NCBI RefSeq assembly: GCF_037042905.1
Contig: NC_087251.1
Span: forward strand, 48,858,001 to 48,922,000
From: Lytechinus pictus
Taxonomy: Eukaryota
Direction: 5' to 3'
DNA: 64,000 nt
A program made the translations under genes and the position numbers. The notes beneath the pieces were generated by a model. It did no database searches. It was not told the origin of the DNA and was given only the letters and a program-made list of their open reading frames with translations. Within the stretch, counting starts at the first letter, position 1. Each line of letters starts with the position of its first letter. Below, in pieces: positions 58,543 to 64,000 of the stretch.

Positions 58543-59504
58543 CTCGAATCAGGGACCGCTTGGGAGATAGATTGTCTCCAAGGAACACCCGTGAATAGTT
58601 CGGGAATTCCGGAGCAATGCTATAAGACGTTGTGATCCGGTTATTGGGACCACCGCTTATCTACATGAAGGGTTTGGTTTTTAGATTTTCGCGGTGAATG
58701 TCTTAGTAAATTCTCCCTTTTCTGAAGGATTGTCTGGGTAGGTGTTAACTCCTCATCTACACAGTAGGAAGGAAGTTGATCCTACAGGCACGGGACACTA
58801 TATGAATCCCACCACATCGTGGGAGTGGTGGGCGTGAGTCCCTAGAGGGGGATTCAATTGCATTGCATAATATCGCAGTGCATACCCTGAATGTTATCCC
58901 AGGGTTACCGGAACGATTCGGTTTTAGTGAATCCCAGGAAGATGGGAGTACTCAGAATACTGGATGAGTGTCTCTTATTGGAGATTGACTCCCCATACTT
59001 GCCGGTTCATGGCCTCCAGGGGCCAGACTCCCCATTGTATATTGGGGGGTCCTGCAGACAGAGCATATACTTTGTCACAACCGGGACGCCTTTCGGCTGT
59101 ATTTCCCGGGAGCCTGGCAATAGGCCGGGTTGTATCCAGGGTGCTTCCCCCAGTGATATAACTACTGGTGTGAGTGTTCCCTGGGTTTTTCCTTCAGGAG
59201 GCTTGGCCTTCTGGAAGGTTTGTAATCATTCTTTAGGCCACTTTGTTTAGAGTATTGGGAGATTGTTTGCGGCCTCCAAATTTAATGTTTTAAGTGGCCG
59301 GGTTATATTTGTTTTTGGCTAACCCATGTTTTAGGGGGTGGGTTTAAAAAAAAAAAAAAAAACATTATTGGACTCTCGGTGGAAATTTTTCGGGAACCAT
59401 TGTGGGTCAGTCGCTACTTTTTTCCACATTGGGTGGCAGAATTTTGTCCCCATTTTTATTTATTTTTTGGAAATGCGGCCAAAATTTTTTAAAACGGGGG
59501 AGCC

Positions 59505-59780
59505 TGTAGTAGCGACTGCCCTGGGGGCCTGGGTTCGGGGGTTTCCGGATGACATCGGAAGGGTTCGGCGGGGTTTCCCGACCTGTGACCCGGGGTCGCG
59601 GGTCGTTCTCCGCTCGGTCTCCGTTCAACCATCACACATGTGTTCAGAGCTCGAGAGATAAACATTGCTTTTACCAAACCTTCTGGAAAGTGCTGTTTTG
59701 GGACGGAATTCAACCAAGCCGGGCTGACTAGGTTCAGGTGAGTCGAGTATTTATCTTAACTTAGGTCCCGCGCGGCTTCA
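59505..59780 (+). repeat. 3' LTR
   Basis: Direct repeat of 54089-54364, followed by the CTAG TSD. Confidence 0.95.
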
Positions 59781-62700
59781 CTAGCTCAATTGATCGATCA
59801 TCTGTGTTCTCAATCGTGTCTGCACTTTTTACCGTACCTTACCGGTACGTACCGTACGTACCGGTATTTATTTTTGTCCGACTCCGAGACCGAGGAGATT
59901 TTAGACTTCTTTCTGATTCATGGTATTCTAGTTTTCTACACTTGGTACGTCATTTGAATATAATTGAGCTAGGTAGCATGAGCCTTTGTTTAACTTTTTA
60001 ATTTCTATATATTCAGTTTAATCATACTTTGAGTTGTTTGTTGTCTGTTTGTTAGTTCTTAATTTCTAGCGCTACCCCGAGCGCTGCATGGGGCTACTAG
60101 GGTACGGGTACATGGTACACGTTGGAGCCGACCCTGGCCGCCCACATGGTTGGCGGGTGCTTGATGGGTGCCCAGGTCAGGCCAGGAAGCAAGAGTATGC
60201 GCTATCTACGGAAGATCGAGAACAACTAACTTTAACGTTAGACCTTTATTTTAATTAGCATTTGACAACCATTCCAGTCTGTGTGAATTTATGTTGGTTA
60301 ACCCGAAAACAGTAGAAATAATGATATGTTCTCAAGGTTAGATCTAACGTTTGTAGGCCTAAAAATCTCCAGAACAGACCATTCATTCAATCTACCTTTT
60401 CTTGATAACATTGTCATGACATTGTCATTAGGCTAGCAAAGTACCAAGTCATACCGGTAGGTCCCCTAACTTCCTATCCTAGGACCTAGGTCTGCGTAAC
60501 GTTAATTCTAACTTCTACAGTAGTCATAGTAGGCCTACGACCAGGCAAAAAGCAATGAATAGGGCCTACCGGTAGATCTTTTTTTGTAAAAAAAAATCGT
60601 TTTTTTTTAATCTGATGGTCAAGAATCTCACCGTGAATTAGACAGAGTCAGAGATTACAAAAAAGTGCAACTTAGAACCCTAACCAACGAAAGTAAGCTA
60701 TAAAAAATTAGATCTAGGTCTATTCTTACATGACTGATGATAATTGATAGGCCCTGTTACCTGACTATGACCTCTATGTAGATTCTACTATATGTAGTCT
60801 AGATCTCTATAGTATTTAGGGTCTAGACTAACATTAACTTTAGGGCCTAGGCCCTAGATCTAGATTCTGACAATAAAGCCTTAATATTTACTTATTCAAA
60901 AGATGACAAATGGCCATAAAATTCAAATTTATTGAAAAATTTAAAGAATATAGGCTAGTATTAAGGCCTACGGCTACGGTAGATGTAATGATTGCTTTGA
61001 TCGATTTAACATGGTTTTACCTAGACGATTGTCATTATGTTTGTTTTGCTTAGTTGTTGTTTTTTAAGTTTTTGCTATTTCGTTTAATGAGTTGTAAAGG
61101 AGGTAGATCTAAATTATTCTTAACTTTGCAAGGAGCAGGTTAGAGCGTGATAGTACAAATTTATAAGCTTGGCTAGATCTGCGTTATGAACTATTTTCAA
61201 ATTTTGTTTTATACTGACACAGGCTATAGGAATACCTGTGACATTGAAACCTTTCATTTCATGGAGTTATCTCACAAAACCACACACAAAAATGGAATCT
61301 CCTGAAAGAGAAATGGAAGTGCTGGTTCAATTGCTGATTTGTTGGTTATTCTTCTGAGACTTTGCTCCACTAACCAGGCCTGCCACTAACCTCAGTACAG
61401 TGGTAATAGGGGATGGGGGTGGGCATCCAATAGATCCAAGACCAAGACAAAAAAACGGAAAAAGAAAACAGGAAATGGCTCAAATGGATCAGACGTATGG
61501 TAATTTTCTGAATATTTTGAAAAATCTGTCACAAAATTATATTTTCATTTTAGAAAGGTCAATGTCAAATAAAATAAAATAAAATATTTTTGATCGCTTC
61601 ACTTGCTCGGGACTTTTAAAGAAATTATGTCACAGACGCCCTTTTCCCCTCAAGTTTGTTGGCACTTTACGCCACTGCTCTGTATCACTTTTGATAATTA
61701 TTTCCCAGAACAGACAGTCATCTCTTTCTATACGGTAATATGTTGCCCATACTGTCATTACTTTTATTTACGTTCAATGAATTTCAATTATTGAAAATGG
61801 AATAGTTAGGTTGGTGCTGGATGATCTATCTATGTTTGACACCTTGATACTTTCATCTGTTCTGTACCTTGTTCCTCATGTTTGTTTGTTTTTTCTCCAT
61901 AGGGGATGTCATGACTAGTATGTCACAATCCCCCTTTCAGCTTGTTCCATGCTCTCCATGTATCAGAAGTGATCTCACTAATAAACACTCGCCAGCAGTA
62001 CCTTCTACACCAAATATAACCAATCGAAACCTAGCCGAAAGTCCGCAGATAGATATAACATGTAAGATGAAGAATATTTTAGGAAATCTTCTATATAGAT
62101 AAAAGTCGCCATTGATCATGATAGGAGGGGAAGAGTGTGGTTTTTTTTTGGGGGGGATGTAACATTATATAAGTGCTACTGACATTTTAATTCTAACTTT
62201 TACCATAATAATATAATCGTTTAAATGGAAAATATAGTTGAAAACAAGAAATTTTAGATGTGGTTGCTGGCTTATATCGGTTGTAATGTATCCTTTAACT
62301 TATTCAATATGAATGAACATTTTGTAACAAAATGAAAAAAAATTATAAATCAGCGTGGAAATCATAGAATCATGTACACTGAATTAAGAAAATAATGCAT
62401 TCAAATTAATTGTCAATAAACACAACACACGTTTGTGTGCTATAAATTGGGTACCGGTATTTGTCACTTTTCTAAATGACGAAAATCATATGAAGGAAAA
62501 TCAATTGCATTTATTCTCTTTTCAGAAGGAAGATAATTAGGATTTATTTTTTTCCTGAATTACATCGTATTACAATTATTTTTTATTAACATATTTAAGG
62601 TATAATTTGAAACATATTCATTGTTTTTCGTTGTTTTGATGTATAGCTCGTGGCGTACCAGGTACACCCATTCCGCCAACGAATCGTGCACAACAATCGA

Positions 62701-63464
62701 AGGATACACCATATATGGACTCAGGTAATAAACCATAATTGACAGATAACCACATTACTGGTAAAATTATATCATGAGAACACACTTGATTTGGCAAAAT
62801 TGAAATAATTGAAATCATATCCAGATAGAAGGCCTGTATATTAATGTGACGGTCGTTTGTTACTGAATGAATTGATGGCAGAACCAACTTCGTACCTTTA
62901 TTCCTATCTATTTCATAATTATATTCTCAGTATTAAACTTGTTCGTTTGTGAGTAGGCTTATGGAATCGTTTACTATCAGTGGTAGGAAATAAGACTTTA
63001 ACATTATCGTGTGAATAATGATAATGACAATAATTGTGGCTACTTTATAGCGCACAGGTTAATGTTTGAAGTGTTTATGGCACTTCAAGAAAGTGTACAT
63101 GAAATATTGAGGTAGAACAGAAATAGAAATTCTCCCGAACACAATATAATATTAAATCGTTAATGAGTTAAAATTATTTCCTCATGTTGACAAGTTTTTC
63201 ATCATCTTTTGTTTTGTTCTGTGTATATACATTGTATCTACATGTGTGTAAACCAGTGAAAAAATCCTTTATGGACAATAAAGTTGATTGATTGATTGAT
63301 AACGAATTTATTCATTCCAAAAATTTCAACAAGGTTACAAAGTAAAGCAAAATATAATATAACATTATGAAATGAAATAGAAACCTTCTGAAAAGCAAAC
63401 CTTGTTGTTGAAGGTTTCCTTCAATAAATAAGACATATTACTGCAAAAAACAAAGTTCAATATA

Positions 63465-64000
63465 CACAGTGCGTCCCAGAAAAAACGAAACCGAGATTTA
63501 GCGATGATTTATCATAACTTAATCACAAATAAAATAGACAAATGACCTACCAATGTAAAGCTTAGAATCTCCTCTTTCATCTGATATTACTTAGATTATT
63601 CCTCATTCACGCATGAGTGAGCAAAAACAATTTGAAGGAAGGATACCAAAAACTCATTTGGCGGGGGGTATATGAATTTAAAAAATAAAATCACATGTCC
63701 TAAAAGTTCAATATCTGCTCTTTAATTTGATACCTCAATTACAGAAAATGGTCAAGAAATAACAAAGTTCTGGTTATTTGAAATAAGGCTTGAATTTCCA
63801 TAATTTCATTAAATAAACTGTTTTCACCGGTTTCCACAGAAGCTATCGCATGGTTAACAAAAGACTTAATGCATGGCTGATCGTAAACAAAACGGAGTGT
63901 CGAGTGAGTTTGAACGATAGCCTGTAAAACCTCTTAATTTTATGAAATTATTGAAATTCAAAGCCTTATTTCAAATAACCAGAACTTTGTTTTTTCTTGA
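63465..64000. mobile_element. Tc1/mariner-like non-autonomous element, truncated by the window end
   Basis: TA + CACAGTGCGTCCCAGAAAAAACG start; internal inverted repeat AAAGTTCTGGTTATTTGAAATAAGGCTT / AAGCCTTATTTCAAATAACCAGAACTTT. Confidence 0.55.

Larger units (their letters stand above)
54089..59780 (+). mobile_element. Young pol-less Gypsy-type LTR retrotransposon
   Basis: 276-bp TG...CA LTRs (54089-54364, 59505-59780), identical by eye; TSD CTAG; PBS-like TGGCGTCACGGACCGGAC at 54366-54383; PPT AAAACGGGGGAG before the 3' LTR; gag present, no RT/integrase motifs. Confidence 0.95.

Noticed and set aside
62618..62887. 89-aa minus-strand ORF
   Set aside because: No recognisable motif or convincing splice partners within the window.

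Overview
AT-rich, intron-rich animal DNA. The SINE, MITE and HINE repertoire suggests an echinoderm or similar marine invertebrate (inference). Two host genes converge tail-to-tail. (1) The last four coding exons of SDE2 (+, 470-4374). (2) A 14-exon, phase-consistent minus-strand gene (ATG 46970, stop 9674, ~546 aa) that the ORF track does not assemble. Its ordered motifs (YSR, SIAE, separase-type ExxR, TSTP..IMDLS, ECVL..PQDI) resemble vertebrate MEIKIN as I recall it; it also has a PP1-type RVxF+SILK exon and a GC-AG last intron. Its introns carry: a young Penelope-like element with an 810-bp inverted arm and variant hammerhead ribozymes; an intact-ORF CR1 LINE; a degenerate full-length RTEX-like LINE; an L2 remnant; a tRNA-SINE; five HINE-like elements; and many MITEs. 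Upstream lies a very young 5.7-kb LTR element with apparently identical 276-bp LTRs and no recognisable pol. It has a candidate spliced 48-aa uORF, an HhH-tipped Gag, and a canonical -1 frameshift signal into an acidic, repeat-containing ORF. Everything was read by eye; no database searches were run.
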